Below are positions 47,197 through 59,590 of a DNA stretch of 64,000 nt, piece after piece. The stretch covers positions 159,314,299-159,378,298 of the forward strand of contig JASCQW010000001.1 of the NCBI GenBank assembly GCA_030264375.1. The letters are read 5' to 3'. The notes beneath the pieces are model-generated. The model searched no databases, was not told the origin of the DNA, and saw only the letters and a program-made list of their open reading frames with translations. This stretch comes from Carcharhinus longimanus (Eukaryota). A program made the position numbers and the translations under genes. Each line of letters opens with the position of its first letter. Positions within the stretch are counted from its first letter, which is position 1.

Positions 47197-47317
47197 TGAC
47201 AGGAGAGTTTATTAATACCATTGATAACGAAACACTGTCCTCCGTTCACACAATAGTGCCGATTGGTCTCGTTGCATGGCCTCGCGTGGCCTGACCAAGG
47301 TGTAGGTGAAGTGGTGG
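47197..47317 (-). CDS. NRG1: Neuregulin common EGF-domain exon (Cys1-Cys4): xTTSPTPWSGHARPCNETNRHYCVNGGQCFVINGINKLSC(Q)
   Basis: Minus strand reads ttcttcccctctgcag|CCACCACT...TCCTGTCA|gtaagt. It is 121 bp, phase 1-2, with CX7CX5CX10C spacing and a CVNGG motif, and joins in frame to the alpha and beta exons. The peptide itself is more NRG2-like (see findings). Confidence 0.92.
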
Positions 47318-47604
47318 CTGCAGAGGGGAAGAACAGCGACATTAAAGACACGATTATTACCATAATAATGGTAATTACAGCACATTCAACAAGGCATGAA
47401 GTCCAGTGGCCAACCAGTCAAATAGGACTGAACTGTTATTCTGTGGCTGCAATTATTAAACTGCCACTGGGAGAATGAGATGCATCCATAAATTAAAGTT
47501 CCATTCTTGTGTTTGACTTTTTCTGCAGCCTTGTTCCTCCCTATCTCTGTAACCTCCTGCTGCCCTACAACTATGAGAGCTCTCCATCAAATCTGGCTTC
47601 TTAT

Positions 47605-47722
47605 ACACGGTAAAAAGTCTGACAACACCAGTTTTTAGTCCAACCGATTTATTTGATTGTGAGTTTACTATCAAATAAATCGGTTGGACTAAAACCTGGT
47701 GTTGTCAGACTTTTTACTGTGT
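47605..47722. repeat. Near-perfect inverted repeat (53-bp arms, 12-nt loop)
   Basis: 47605-47657 is the reverse complement of 47670-47722 with 2 mismatches. Confidence 0.95.
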
Positions 47723-47754
47723 TTACCCCAGTCCAACGCCGGCACATCCACATC

Positions 47755-48310
47755 ATTCTTCCATTGATCCAATGTCTAATCCAATTTACTACCTCTCCAT
47801 GTATACCTAGCAACTGAACCTTCCTAACTAACCTCCCATGCAGGACCTTGTCAAAGACTTTACTGAAGTAGTATAGTGTCCAGTTCTTGTCACCAGACGT
47901 GCAAAGTTTGAGAGTCCTTAATAGGATGGAAAGAGGAGATTTAGCAGAATGTAACAAAAAATACCCCACCCCGGCACCAAAGTTAAGGTGCAGAAGTTGG
48001 AGTTGTTCTCCCTGGATCAAAGGAGGTTGAGGGAAGATTTGATAGATGTATCAACTAATCTTGTGTATATAATTTCTGTTGGGCATTAGGGCAAGGCATG
48101 AAGGGGTGGTAATAACCTTGAATCCAGTGCTTATGAGTGGTGGAAACAGAGTGAATGATTTCAAAAGGAAATTGGGTAGGCACTTGAGGGAAGTAAACTA
48201 GCAGGGCTACGAGAATGAAGTTTGAGAATGGGACTGACTTGATTGCTCTGCAAAGAGCTGGCATGGACTCTGGACTGAATGGCCTCCCTCTGCCATTTTG
48301 ACTGATTCTA
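47755..48310. mobile_element. CR1 fragments: RT region on - (47755-47870) and 3' end on + (about 47985-48310)
   Basis: FSKVFDKVLHGRLVRKVQLLGIHGEVVNWIRHWI on minus; TGGAGTTGTTCTCC...GGGAAGATTTGATAGA on plus. Confidence 0.75.
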
Positions 48311-48754
48311 GGCACTATTCGAAACTAGGAAAAGCAAATGCATGAGCAGTTTGTAAAAGTGACTGCTGTGTGAAATAAGACAAGTGACGCAATTCAAATC
48401 TCTATGTAGGCAACAGTAGGAGATTGGAATGTTTGCCTGTTGGCTGTGCTTTGACAATGTTAAAAACATCTTTTTTCTGCAACGCAGGATGTTCCTCAGA
48501 ACTTTTACCAGTAACAGCAGACCAACTGTGACAAAGAGTACTGTTTCACCTGATGGGTTGTTTCTTGATTATATAAGCATGCAATAGATTTCAAGGCTGT
48601 TTGTTTGTTTTAAAGTGAGAGAACTACAGAACACAGACAACAGTATTTCCAAATGGAGCAATTGTTAGCCTTGCATTAAGCAATTTTAAAATTGAATCAT
48701 GAAGCCAATTAGACAATTCACATTGTTGTCATGTAAATGCAACAATGTGTGAAA

Positions 48755-49112
48755 GAGGAAGGTGATGGCCTAGTGATTATTGTTGTTAGACTATTGATCC
48801 AGAAACACAGCTAATGTTCTGAGAACCTGGATTTAAATTCCACCACGGCAGATGGGATTTGAATTGGATTAATTCCAGATTTTTTTCAATCTACCAAGAC
48901 CATGAAACCATTGCTGATTGTCAGGAAAAACCCATCTGGTTCACTAATTTATTAAGGCAAGGACGGAAATCTGCTGTCCTCAGCTACTTCTGACTCCATT
49001 GCCACAGCAATGTGGTTGACTCTCAATGCCCTCTGAAATGGCTTAGCAAGACATTTGGTTTCAAGTTGAGCAATAAACGTTGGTCAGCCAGCAACACCCA
49101 TGTCCCACGAAC
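48755..49112 (+). mobile_element. SINE family B
   Basis: Head GATGGCCTAGTG, core AAACCCATCTGGTTCACTAAT and tail CCCATGTCCCACGAA. Confidence 0.8.
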
Positions 49113-50339
49113 AAATTTTAAAAAGGGGCATGAGATGAGGCCGAGTAGATAAGCGTTTCTGTGACTATTCCTGGTCAGCTAACCAGTGGCGTAACTTAGG
49201 GGATCGTGCAAACCATAGAAAAGTTACAGCACAGAAGGAGGCCACGTGGCCTATCTTGTTCATGCCAGCCTGAGGACACCCAGGTGCCCTTTGTAATCTT
49301 TCTTTCCTGCCCATAACCCTGTAGGGCTTTCAGTAGAGGAAAGCAGCTCGAGTAGAAATGCACTACACCTGTAAAAACAATCAACCAATGACAAATTGCT
49401 ATTTTGGGCAAAAATGCAATTATTTCTTATGTAAATGAGGGCTGATAGACAGTCAGCAACTCCTGGAAGAATTAGAGAGGAGGAGAACTTGGATGCATTC
49501 AACAGCATCCAAAAGTTGGAGAGAGGAGGACCTGGAGACAGCATGATCTCAGAGCAATCCAATCCAGTTTGGCTCTTGTACTGATAGAGAAAAATTGAAG
49601 AACGATTTCATAGGAAACAAGTGGTTGATATTTGCTTGTTTAACTTCTATGTAATTTATTTGTAATATTAGGTTTGCCAACAGTCATGAGAAAAATTTAA
49701 CATAATAAAGATGACAGGGCAAGTAACATGAAGTGACTGCAGAATTTGGGAGCTATTGGATGCAGCTGTGATCCACAACACACACATCTGTAGCACTGTA
49801 TATGGCTTGATGAGCTTCAGCTCAATGAACAGGAGACTGAACTGCAGACTCTGATGCATCAGAGGGGGAAAGTTACTGGACGATTTGTACCAGGAGGCAG
49901 TCACAACCCCTATGATAGGATTGTTGGATTTTGGTCAATGATCAGGAACAGGAGGATGAGTCTAAGTGAGGTGAGGCAGGTATGGGGATCCAGAAGGTAG
50001 AAATGGTGAAGCCTCAGCTTTGCAATTGTCCAACAGATTTAAAATGTGTTTGTAATCTGCATGGATAAAAATGGGGCATCAGGATGGATCAGTGAACTGA
50101 TTATAACAGCTTGGTGCAGGCAGTGGGGGGCATAAATAGAAATGTAGTGGTAATTGGAGACCACATAGCTGGTAGGATAGACATGGCTTTCTGTGGCTGA
50201 AAGTGTGAATCCAGAACGCGCTGTCGCCTACCTGGTGCCAGGACTTGGGTCATCTGCAGCACCTCTCCCTGTCACTCCTCAGCTGGGTGGGACTACCCTT
50301 GCCTTTTATCATTCTTACCTAATCATAGCCAGAGTATAT

Positions 50340-50860
50340 TTAATACAGTACAGTATACAGTTAATGGCAGAATCCTTGAGTAGAGGGATCTGGGTGTACA
50401 GGTACACAGATCAAAAGTGGCAACACAGGTGGAGAAGGTAGTCAAGAAGGCATATGGCATGCTTGCCTTCATTGGTCAGGGTACTGAGTTTGCAATATGG
50501 CTTGCCAATTTTTAGCTTTATAGAACCTTAGTTAGGCCACGCTTGGAATATAGTGTTCAATTCTGGTTGCCATACTACCAGAAGGATGTGGAGGCTTTGG
50601 AGAGGGTACAGAAGAGATTTACTAGGATGTTGCCTGGTATGGAGGGCATTAGTGATGAGAGATTGGAGAAACTCTGGAACAGCNNNNNNNNNNNNNNNNN
50701 NNNNNNNNNNNNNNNNNNNNNNNNNNNNNNNNNNNNNNNNNNNNNNNNNNNNNNNNNNNNNNNNNNNNNNNNNNNNNNNNNNNATCTTATTGAATGGCGG
50801 GGCAGGCTCGAAGGGCTAGATGGCCTACTCCTGCTCCTATTTCTTACGTTCTTATGTTCT
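50340..50860 (+). mobile_element. CR1 LINE fragment spanning a gap
   Basis: LVRPRLEYSVQFWLPYYQKDVEALERVQKRFTRMLPGM motif. Confidence 0.88.
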
Positions 50861-50869
50861 CCCTGTAAC

Positions 50870-51071
50870 TAAGTGGCAATTTAGCACGACCAACCAACCT
50901 AACCCGCACATCTTTGGACCGTGGGAGGAAACCGGAGCACCCGGAGAAAACCCACGCAGACACAGGGAGAAAGTACAAACTCCACACAGACAGTGACCCG
51001 AGGCCAGAATTGAACACGAGTCCTTGGCACTGTGAGGCATCAGTGTTAACGATTGTACCACCGAACTGCCC
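50870..51071 (-). mobile_element. HE1-type V-SINE 5' portion
   Basis: Head and V-domain. Confidence 0.82.
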
Positions 51072-53462
51072 TGTAATGCTACATTCCGCACTCGCTCCTT
51101 TCCTCCTCTATGAACGCTATGCTTTCACTGTATAGTGTGCAAGAAACAATACTTTTCACTCACTGCCAATACATGTGGCAATAATAAAACAAATCAAATT
51201 TTGCCTTTAAATGCAATGAACAGTTTACGTGTCACAACCAAGAAGAACATTTGTGATTTACTGTTATCAGAAATAGTACTGGATACATGTCCCTTGTTCT
51301 TAAGCCTGGTTGGTACAACCTCTACCTGCGGCACAGATTGGTTAGCTAAAACAAAGAGATGTCAGAATGGAACTGGAGGCTGGGTTAGCACTGGGCAGGA
51401 GTTTTATCTGTGACTCTTGTCTTTCCTATCTGCTCTGCTCAGAGGTTCCTGCATTTTCTTTTTTTATGTACACAACAGATTTCCAGAATCTCTTTTATTG
51501 TGAAGCGACACATCTAACTTGTCTGAACGATCTGTGTACCGATTTTATTTGAAAATTAATTACTATCAACAACTTGACATCAGGTCCAGAGCTGCGAAAA
51601 GAAAGATATCTTCTGCTGGCAAATTATAACTAAAACTGCTCCCCCCCCACCTCGCCACCTCAACAAACTTCAAGATACCCCTCCATCAACTCTTACCATC
51701 AAATAAATTGGCGATTTTAATCAGCTTAAAAGACTCAGCCCCGTCCCCCGCCCTACTGTCTCGATGCTCTTAAGCCCCCTCACTTCTGTGCTGGAGACTC
51801 CCTTCATTTTCCTAATTGAACAGGCGCCTCAGATATTGTGAGTTCTGAAATGCTTCTGTCAGCCGCTGTAACCTTGGATGAGTGGACTTCAGGCTAACAT
51901 GTTACATGAGCGAAAGAGAAGCAAAGTGAGAATTGACGTTCTTGTGTTAGGCAGAGGGATATAAAGAGGAAGGAGTTATACTAAGCACTATAATTGCCTT
52001 TCACAACCTCTTGTATTCCCCTTGCTCACTCTGCTCTTCCCTCTCTCCCATACGTGGCACGTGTGTAAATTCATCTGATCCCACGCACGAACGAGTAAAG
52101 CATCGGATTTGGCTACAAATATTGACAGCCTCGGCTTAACTATCCATAGAGCATTAACTCTTTGACCCACTGAGACTAAAAGCTTCCAACTTGGCCAGCC
52201 AGCGCAGAGAGAGAGGAGAATGGAGCACAGAGAGAGCTTGAGAACAGAGAACCCAAAGAAAACCTGCTGGAAAATCTCAGCAGGTCTGGCAGCAACTGTA
52301 AGGAAAGGAAAGAGCTGACGTTTCGAGTCCAGATGACCCTTTGTCAAACCTTTTGAGAATAAGAGGTTGACAGTGAACAGCACATAAGCTGTAAATGAAG
52401 TACTGTAACGTCAGGTCGTAGTACCTCACGTCAGCGTGTAGGCCGCAGAACCAAATAGGAGCAATGCTCATACTAAAAACCAACAGATCTTTGTGGCTTT
52501 AGTTCTTTTTTCAATCCTCATATCCTGATGGCAAAGCCGAGTGAAATGATATTAAAAAAAAATCTGAAATCCTCATTTTTATTCTTCATTTTCCAAATAT
52601 TGATTTTAAGAGGCTTTGGGGGGGGGAGGAGGCCCAACGTTGTGAGAAAAGAAGTGATATTCCATCACAGCAGAGTGTGAGGGTGGGAGAGGGAGGTGAG
52701 AATACAATTCCTGGAGCTGAGCTGATGGCTGCTTTTCAGAACATCACAACAACAACAACAACAACAACTTGCATTCGTGAGGCGCCCTTAATGGGTGCCT
52801 GGCAGCATCGAACATGATCTGGTGCTGCCGCCGTCCAGGTCACTTGTAACCTGCTTCATAACAAACCCCTCTGAAAGCACAGCGACCAGCGTTGTTGATA
52901 TTCGATAGAACGTCGCTCAAATTAAAGACTAAACCCACAAATTTAACCATTCAATTCGTAATTGTAATTCACTCACAAAGGATTTGACTGAATGGGCCTT
53001 CACCCGTTTTTAAAGGACCATACTAAAGCTCCACAGTATTTGCACACTCTGCTCCAACAAAAGACTGTTTTGAACAGTTTTTCTTCTGTGGTTCAAAGAG
53101 ACGGCAATCTTCCTCATTCTACTCTCATTTAAAGAAACTATAACCTGTGATATAGAACCTCCACATCGTACAAACCCTTCAAATCGCTGGAGGTACAGAG
53201 GGAATCTAGTTTGGAAGTGTATGACCAGCTCCTTAGCCTCCGCTCATAAGGCTCTTTGCGAGACAGCTTATTTTCTCACCGGCTGCCAGCTGGCTGCCTC
53301 ACAGGCTGCAGTTTAACCCCCGCTTTGCCAACACATCAACCTCCACAGCTTTACTCAGGATGGCTTTGTGTCAACGCAAATCTACCTTCGTATTCTTATC
53401 CTTTTTTTAAAAACCTGAACACACATAATGAGTGTCCTCAGTCTGAAGTAGGGAAAGGAACT

Positions 53463-53910
53463 TAGAACCGTAGAATCCCTACCGTGCCAAAGGAGGCCAT
53501 CAAGTCCGCACCAACTCTCCGAAATCCCACCCAGGTCACCCTCTGCCTGCCCTATCCCCGTAATCCTCCATATTTACCATAGTCAATCTACCTAACCAGC
53601 ATATCTTTGAACACGAGAGGTGGAATATTATGTCCTCGCCAGGGTGAGACCAACTGAGAAATCCGTTCTTCGAACCTCACCCACCCCAATTTTGGGGCGG
53701 GCGGGCCGGTGAAATTCTGGCCTAAGGGGCAATTCAGCATGGTCCCTCCACCTAACCTGCACACCTTTCAGACTGTGGGAGGAAGCCGGAGGAAACCCAC
53801 GCAGATACGCGGAGAATGTGCAAACTCCACACGGACATTGACCCAAGGCCGGAATCGAACCTGGGTCCCTGGTGATGTGAAACAGCAGTGCTAACCACTA
53901 TGCTACTGTC
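53463..53910 (-). mobile_element. HE1-type V-SINE with a nested MITE (about 53617-53722)
   Basis: The SINE is broken at GAACAC|...|TAAGGGGCAATT. Confidence 0.82.
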
Positions 53911-54729
53911 CCACTTGGGCAGCAAAGTCACTCATAAGATTTTAAATACTAGGCAAGAATGCCGACTCTCCCACGACAATTAGTCTAGAGGCTGGAGGCT
54001 GTGGACTGGCTAGGAATTGTTGTAAAAAGGCACACATTGGAGATTAGGTCAGAGTAAAACGTGCCCTACTGTATGGGGAGGTGTCAGACAACCAGCGTGT
54101 AGGAAAGACAAATAATCCACAGCAACAGTAAGAGAGACTAAAAAGAATGACAATTGACTCGCTCGTAACTCATCTACACTCGTGCGTGCTTATATGACCG
54201 GGGCACAGAAAAAAACTTGGGAGGACTCCAGAAATAAAATACCTTCTTGGAAAATATTGAAAATCAAAGGCGTGAAAGCCTGGACCGGTCAGTGTGAATC
54301 AGAGACGCATTTCTCACACAGCATCAGCAGCCAGCCAGCACTAGGGTATCCCAACAAAGCCAAAACTTGGCCACAGTCAGAAAAAACATCAACGTTTCAG
54401 AGCTATTGAAATGTTAGCACTTTTGAGTGGATGACAAACTGCCCTCCACCACCTTCACTCTTCCCCCTCCTCCCTGCACCCTCTCCTTTAACTCTCTTAC
54501 CTGGGAGGAAGCGCATTTTTTTAAATGCTGTGGCAGATAAAAACGTCTCGTCCCAAGATCGAGTGATCTCGCCCTAACACTTACTGCAGTCGGCTCAAGC
54601 AAGCTCGAGAGGTTGCTCCTGTGACTTCTCTGAAATGATCTCAGGACCTTTCTCTTTTTTTTTTGTTTGCTGGTTTAAGTATACTCCCTTGGCCACGTCA
54701 TTGCACCATCTGATGTGCACTTGTGATGG

Positions 54730-54893
54730 TCAACAGGCACTGAGACGTCAGCCACAGGGGNNNNNNNNNNNNNNNNNNNNNNNNNNNNNNNNNNNNNNNN
54801 NNNNNNNNNNNNNNNNNNNNNNNNNNNNNNNNNNNNNNNNNNNNNNNNNNNNNNNNNNNNGGACAACAGGCACAGAGACGTCAGCCACAGGGG
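54730..54893. repeat. Minisatellite (CAACAGGCACWGAGACGTCAGCCACAGGGG) flanking a gap
   Basis: The same ~30-bp unit occurs on both sides of the N run. Confidence 0.65.
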
Positions 54894-55644
54894 AATGGAG
54901 AGCCCAGCTCCAAGACAGGCACAAGGGAACACAACTCAAAGAACAAATACCACCCGTGCCTTCAAGTGCAGGCAGCAAGTGCAGCAACTGCCTCAAAACA
55001 CTTGTCCTGTCATTGCTTCCAGGACAGATAAAGATTTTAAGAATGGGAATCAGCCCACGTAACTTATTATTATATTGAATCAATACAGCCATCAAATCAA
55101 GCTGCCAAACCCTTCTACCCAAATGAAAGAATGCAAAGTGTGATTGTCCACGCTAATTGCTCCATCTTCTACAACTAGCAACAAGGACAAATGTAATCAG
55201 CCCCGAGCCACCCCTTTCTTCCCAAAGCCACCTCGTACTTGCACTCATACCGCGACGGTCAACTTGTTCGCAGGTATTTTTAACCCCGCATTAGCCGAGA
55301 CTGAAAACAATGACACTTCTGAATCCTCACTCGCACAATACACCTCTCTGGAATCCTCGTGCCATCTCAGACGAGGGCGACCTAGCTTCTCCTCGCGCCG
55401 GCTGTTTAAAAAGCAGGATGTGGTCCAGAGGCTCGGTCAATTTAATGGGCATCCTGTGTAAGACTAGACAACCCCTTATCAATCCTTCAGTCGGACCACT
55501 TCTCTGTCGAGAAAGAGCCAGGTGGCAAATCTAGTGAGAAGGAGACGGTGACCTTTCTCGATACTCTACCTTCCATTATTCCTACCTTCCTTCTAATCGA
55601 GAGTATTTAGTCCCCATGACCCAAAGTCAATTCTCTTCACAGAA

Positions 55645-56155
55645 AATCATTACAGCGCAGAAGGAGGCCATTCGGTCCATTGAGTCGGCACCAGCTCTCA
55701 GAGAGCATTCAACCTAGTCCCACTCCTTTTCCCTGTAACCTTGCACTTTATTCCTTTTCAGAAAGCAACCCTTTCCGATACCTCGATTGAACCTACCTCC
55801 ACCACCTTCTCAGGAAGTTCGTTCTGGATGCCAACACCCTTTGGGTGGGAAAAAATTTTCCTCCCATCTCTTCCACTCCTTTGGCCCATTATTTTGAACC
55901 TATGCCATCTGGTTCTTGATTCTCTCTTGAGTGGGAACAGTGTCTCACTATTTACCCTGTCCATACCCTTCAGGATCTTGAATCTCTTTGTCAAGTCTCT
56001 TCTCAGCCTTTTACCCTCCAAGGGAGACGGTCGCAAACCTCTCCAATCTACAGCTACAGATCTTTATCCCTGGAATCCTTTTTGCGAATCTCCTCTGTAC
56101 TCTCTCTCCATTACCTGCACGTCCTTCCTCAAGTATGGTGCCCAGAACTGGGCAC
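55645..56155 (-). mobile_element. CR1 LINE 3' fragment
   Basis: LEGKRLRRDLTKRFKILKGMDRVNSETLFPL motif. Confidence 0.82.
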
Positions 56156-56954
56156 AGTAGTGTGAAAGCCATGTTTATAAGGAATGGAGGAACACGGCGG
56201 ATAAGATCTGATTAATGTGGGATCGAGCGTGCGTGATTCTGCGACAGTTCCGTTAACTGCTGTCCAATTGAATGGTGCCTCTGTTCTCAATAAAATTATG
56301 TTATATAATGACAAGATTACTTTCACAAAGATAAGCTCAGGAGAACGAGGGTTGATGGGGAGAGCTCTGCCTGCGCTCTTGCTTCACGTTCTGTATTTAA
56401 AATCTAATAATAATGCGTGCAAACAATCAGCTGGCAATTAATCATCAGGAGGGGGGGGGTCACAAAATCAAAAAAGCAATTATTAACATGCTGATATCAA
56501 TATTACTCAAATGGCCAGGGGGCCCGTACTGAACAGACTGTGTGTTTGGCCAGATGGGTCAAGGATAGATAAATTGATGCAAAATGACAAGGAAAAGTTT
56601 CTCTTCAATTAACAACTTATCTGTAAACTTACATCTTAACCATCTCTCTCTGTAGAAGATGTAATAATAATCTAGAATCGCCCGCCCTACCTTCCCTCCT
56701 ACAAAGGTTGCGGATCGTGGGGTAATTTAAATTGCACCCAAATCAGAAATTTGACAGGTTCAGGGGAAAAACTTGGGGAAAGAGATTAAACTGGGCTGGA
56801 ACAGGGACGATAGGCCAAGTGGCATCCTTCCCTTGTTGTAAAATGTTGTGATTCTATGAAGGAGCGTCGAGGGTTAAGGGTCCAAAGGAAGATGGAGGTC
56901 GATGAGGTACAGATCAGCTATACCCAAACTGAATGGTGGAAAAGGCTTGTTGGG

Positions 56955-57540
56955 GGGAGATGGTGGCACAGTGGTAATGTCACTGGCCCAGCAATCAGGC
57001 TAATGCTCTAGGGAGTATTATAAATCCCACCATCGCAGCTGACAGAATTTAAACTCAGTGAAATTGAAAAGCTAGTCTTAGTAATGCTGTTAACAAAAAT
57101 GATTGCTGCAAAAACCCATCTGGTTCACCAATTTTTTTTTTTAAAGAGTCCCTACAGTGCAGGAGGAGGCCATTCGGCCCATCAAACCTGCACTGACAAT
57201 CCCCCTCAGGCACTATACTTATAACCTCAAGTATTTTACCCACTAATCCCCTGTCACTCAGGCATGGCCAATCCACCTAACATGCACATCTTTGAACACT
57301 AAGGTGCAATTTAGCATGGCTAATATACCCAACCTGCACATCTTTGGACTNNNNNNNNNNGGACTGTGGGCGGAAACCGGAGAACCCGGAGGAACCACAC
57401 GCAGACACGGGGAGAATGTACAAACTCCACACAGACAGTGGCCTGAGGCCAGAATTGAATCTGGGTCCCTGGCGCGGTGAGGCAGCAGTGCTAACCATTG
57501 TACCACATGTCCATTGTGGAAGGAAACCTGCCATCCTTTG
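56955..57540. mobile_element. SINE family B (+) interrupted by an HE1 SINE (-, about 57145-57505)
   Basis: The core stops at AAACCCATCTGGTTCAC (57130) and resumes as GGAAGGAAACCTGCCATCC (about 57518). Confidence 0.78.
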
Positions 57541-58673
57541 ACAGCCGACATCCCACCAAAGAACAAATTTGTTTAAAAAGGGCCTGACTTTCTTCCTGAG
57601 GCAGCCGATGTTCAACAGGTTTACTTAATCCCAATCACCCTAACGGAGCCTTCGTCATTAATTTTGGATCCCACACACCGAAGCCAAGGAGGTCCGCAGT
57701 CACTTGATTGCGGCTGTTCCTTGTGTGGCCGTCTCTCCCCCATCGCCCTCACGTATTCCCGCGTTACGTCCCGAGGAAAAGGGATAGCAGAAAAATCCAC
57801 GTGATACGAGAGCACTTTGGGAGTCGATTCAAGTTGTTCCAGGAAAACTGAGCTCAGCAGACCAAGAACAGGCCAAGCGAGATGCCTCCTTGACACAACT
57901 GGCTGAGTCAGCATCGAGGCACTAAAGAGAATAGTGCCTTGTCCATCACACAGAATAAAATATTGCTGGCACGCGAAGAGGCTCAGTCTCTGAATTCTGC
58001 TGACATTCCACAAGCTTCCTCTTTTCAGCTTTCATGACTCGATTAAATTACGGCCTGTATTTCACCTTAGCCGCTTAATAGGCCAGCCAGCTCCTCTGCT
58101 GAATCATTGCCGCGTTTCCATAAGGAAATTGCACTCATAATAGAAATGTGCAAAATCTGCAGCAGGACATCAAAGTAGCCTTAAATTACTTCCATCTCCC
58201 TGAATGCTGAACCAGTCATTTAGCATCACTTGCTCACTGCTTCATGCCAAAAGTTTGAAACATTTTTCTACATTAAATAGTAAACATAACTGAATATGTC
58301 TTGCACTCCCACGCACATACATATCCACGTAAAATAACCTTCTCGCAGACAAATTTAAATCATTTAAAACAAATAATTAAGTAGGCCTCAACAACATCCT
58401 GACTCCTTCCTAATCTAATTTCCATGAATGAGAAGAATTATACGAGATGGTTTATAGAAGCACATTGAGGCTAAAGTCTCATTCTGTCACCCTGAAGCTC
58501 AATTTTCTGCAGTTAAGTTAAACTTAGAGCCAAAACCTTTACATCGTCAAGGATTATTTTCACTTGCTCACTTAGATTTTTAGTTTTGGTGTTGCAATAT
58601 TATGGCCGCCTTCTGCATTTACTGTGGAATGTGATTCATGGCCCTGGTTCATCACCTTTACAGCACATGAGCA

Positions 58674-59215
58674 GGGGCAGCACGGTGGCACAGTGGTTAG
58701 CACTACTGCCGCACAGCGCCAGGGACCCGGGTTCAGTTCCGGCCTCAGGTCACTGTCTTTGTGGAGTTTGCACTTTCTCCTTGTGTCTGCGTGGATTTCC
58801 TCCAGTTTCCTCTCNNNNNNNNNNNNNNNNNNNNNNNNNNNNNNNNNNNNNNNNNNNNNNNNNNNNNNNNNNNNNNNNNNNNNNNNNNNNNNNNNNNNNN
58901 NNNNNNNNNNNNNNGCCAGGGACCCGGGTTCAGTTCCGGCCTCGGGTCACTGTCTTTGTGGAGTTTGCACTTTCTCCTTGTGTCTGCGTGGATTTCCTCC
59001 AGTTTCCTCTCACAGTCCAAAGATGTACGGGTTAAGTGGATTGACCGTGCTAATGTCCCGAGATGTGTCGGATAGATGGATTTGCCATGGGAAATGTGTG
59101 GGTTTATGTGAATAGGGCAGCAGGAGGGCCTGGGTAAGTTGCTCTTTCAGAGAGTTGGTGCAGACTCGATGGGCTGAATACCCTCTTCTGCACTGTGGGG
59201 ATTCTGTGATCCTAT
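58674..59215 (+). mobile_element. HE1-type V-SINE, 5' part duplicated across a gap
   Basis: 58718-58814 is repeated almost identically at 58915-59011. Confidence 0.85.
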
Positions 59216-59273
59216 GAGTGGGAACTTAGACTCAAACAGTAAAAACTCATAAATACTCAAAATTATGTAAATA

Positions 59274-59590
59274 CGGCACGGTAGCACAGTGGTTAGCACT
59301 GCTGCATCTCAGCACCAGGGACCCGGTATCGATTGCTAGCATGGGTCACTGTCTGTGTGGCGTTTGCACATTCTCCTCGTGTTTGCGTGGGTCTCCTCTG
59401 ATTTCCTCTCACTGTCCAAAGGTGTTTGGGTTAGGTGGATTGGCCACGCTAAATTGCCCTTTACTGTCAGGGGGACTAGCTTGGGTGTTTGCGTGGGGTT
59501 GTGGGGGGAGGGCCTGGGTGAGATTGTGGTCGGTGAAGACTCGATGGGCCAAATGGCCTCCTTCTGCACTGTAGGGGTTCTCTATGATTC
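59274..59590 (+). mobile_element. HE1-type V-SINE
   Basis: Head, V-domain and tail. Confidence 0.87.

Noticed and set aside
58718-59011. Tandem SINE duplication
   Set aside because: Near-identical sequence either side of a 100-N gap is typical of unmerged contig ends.
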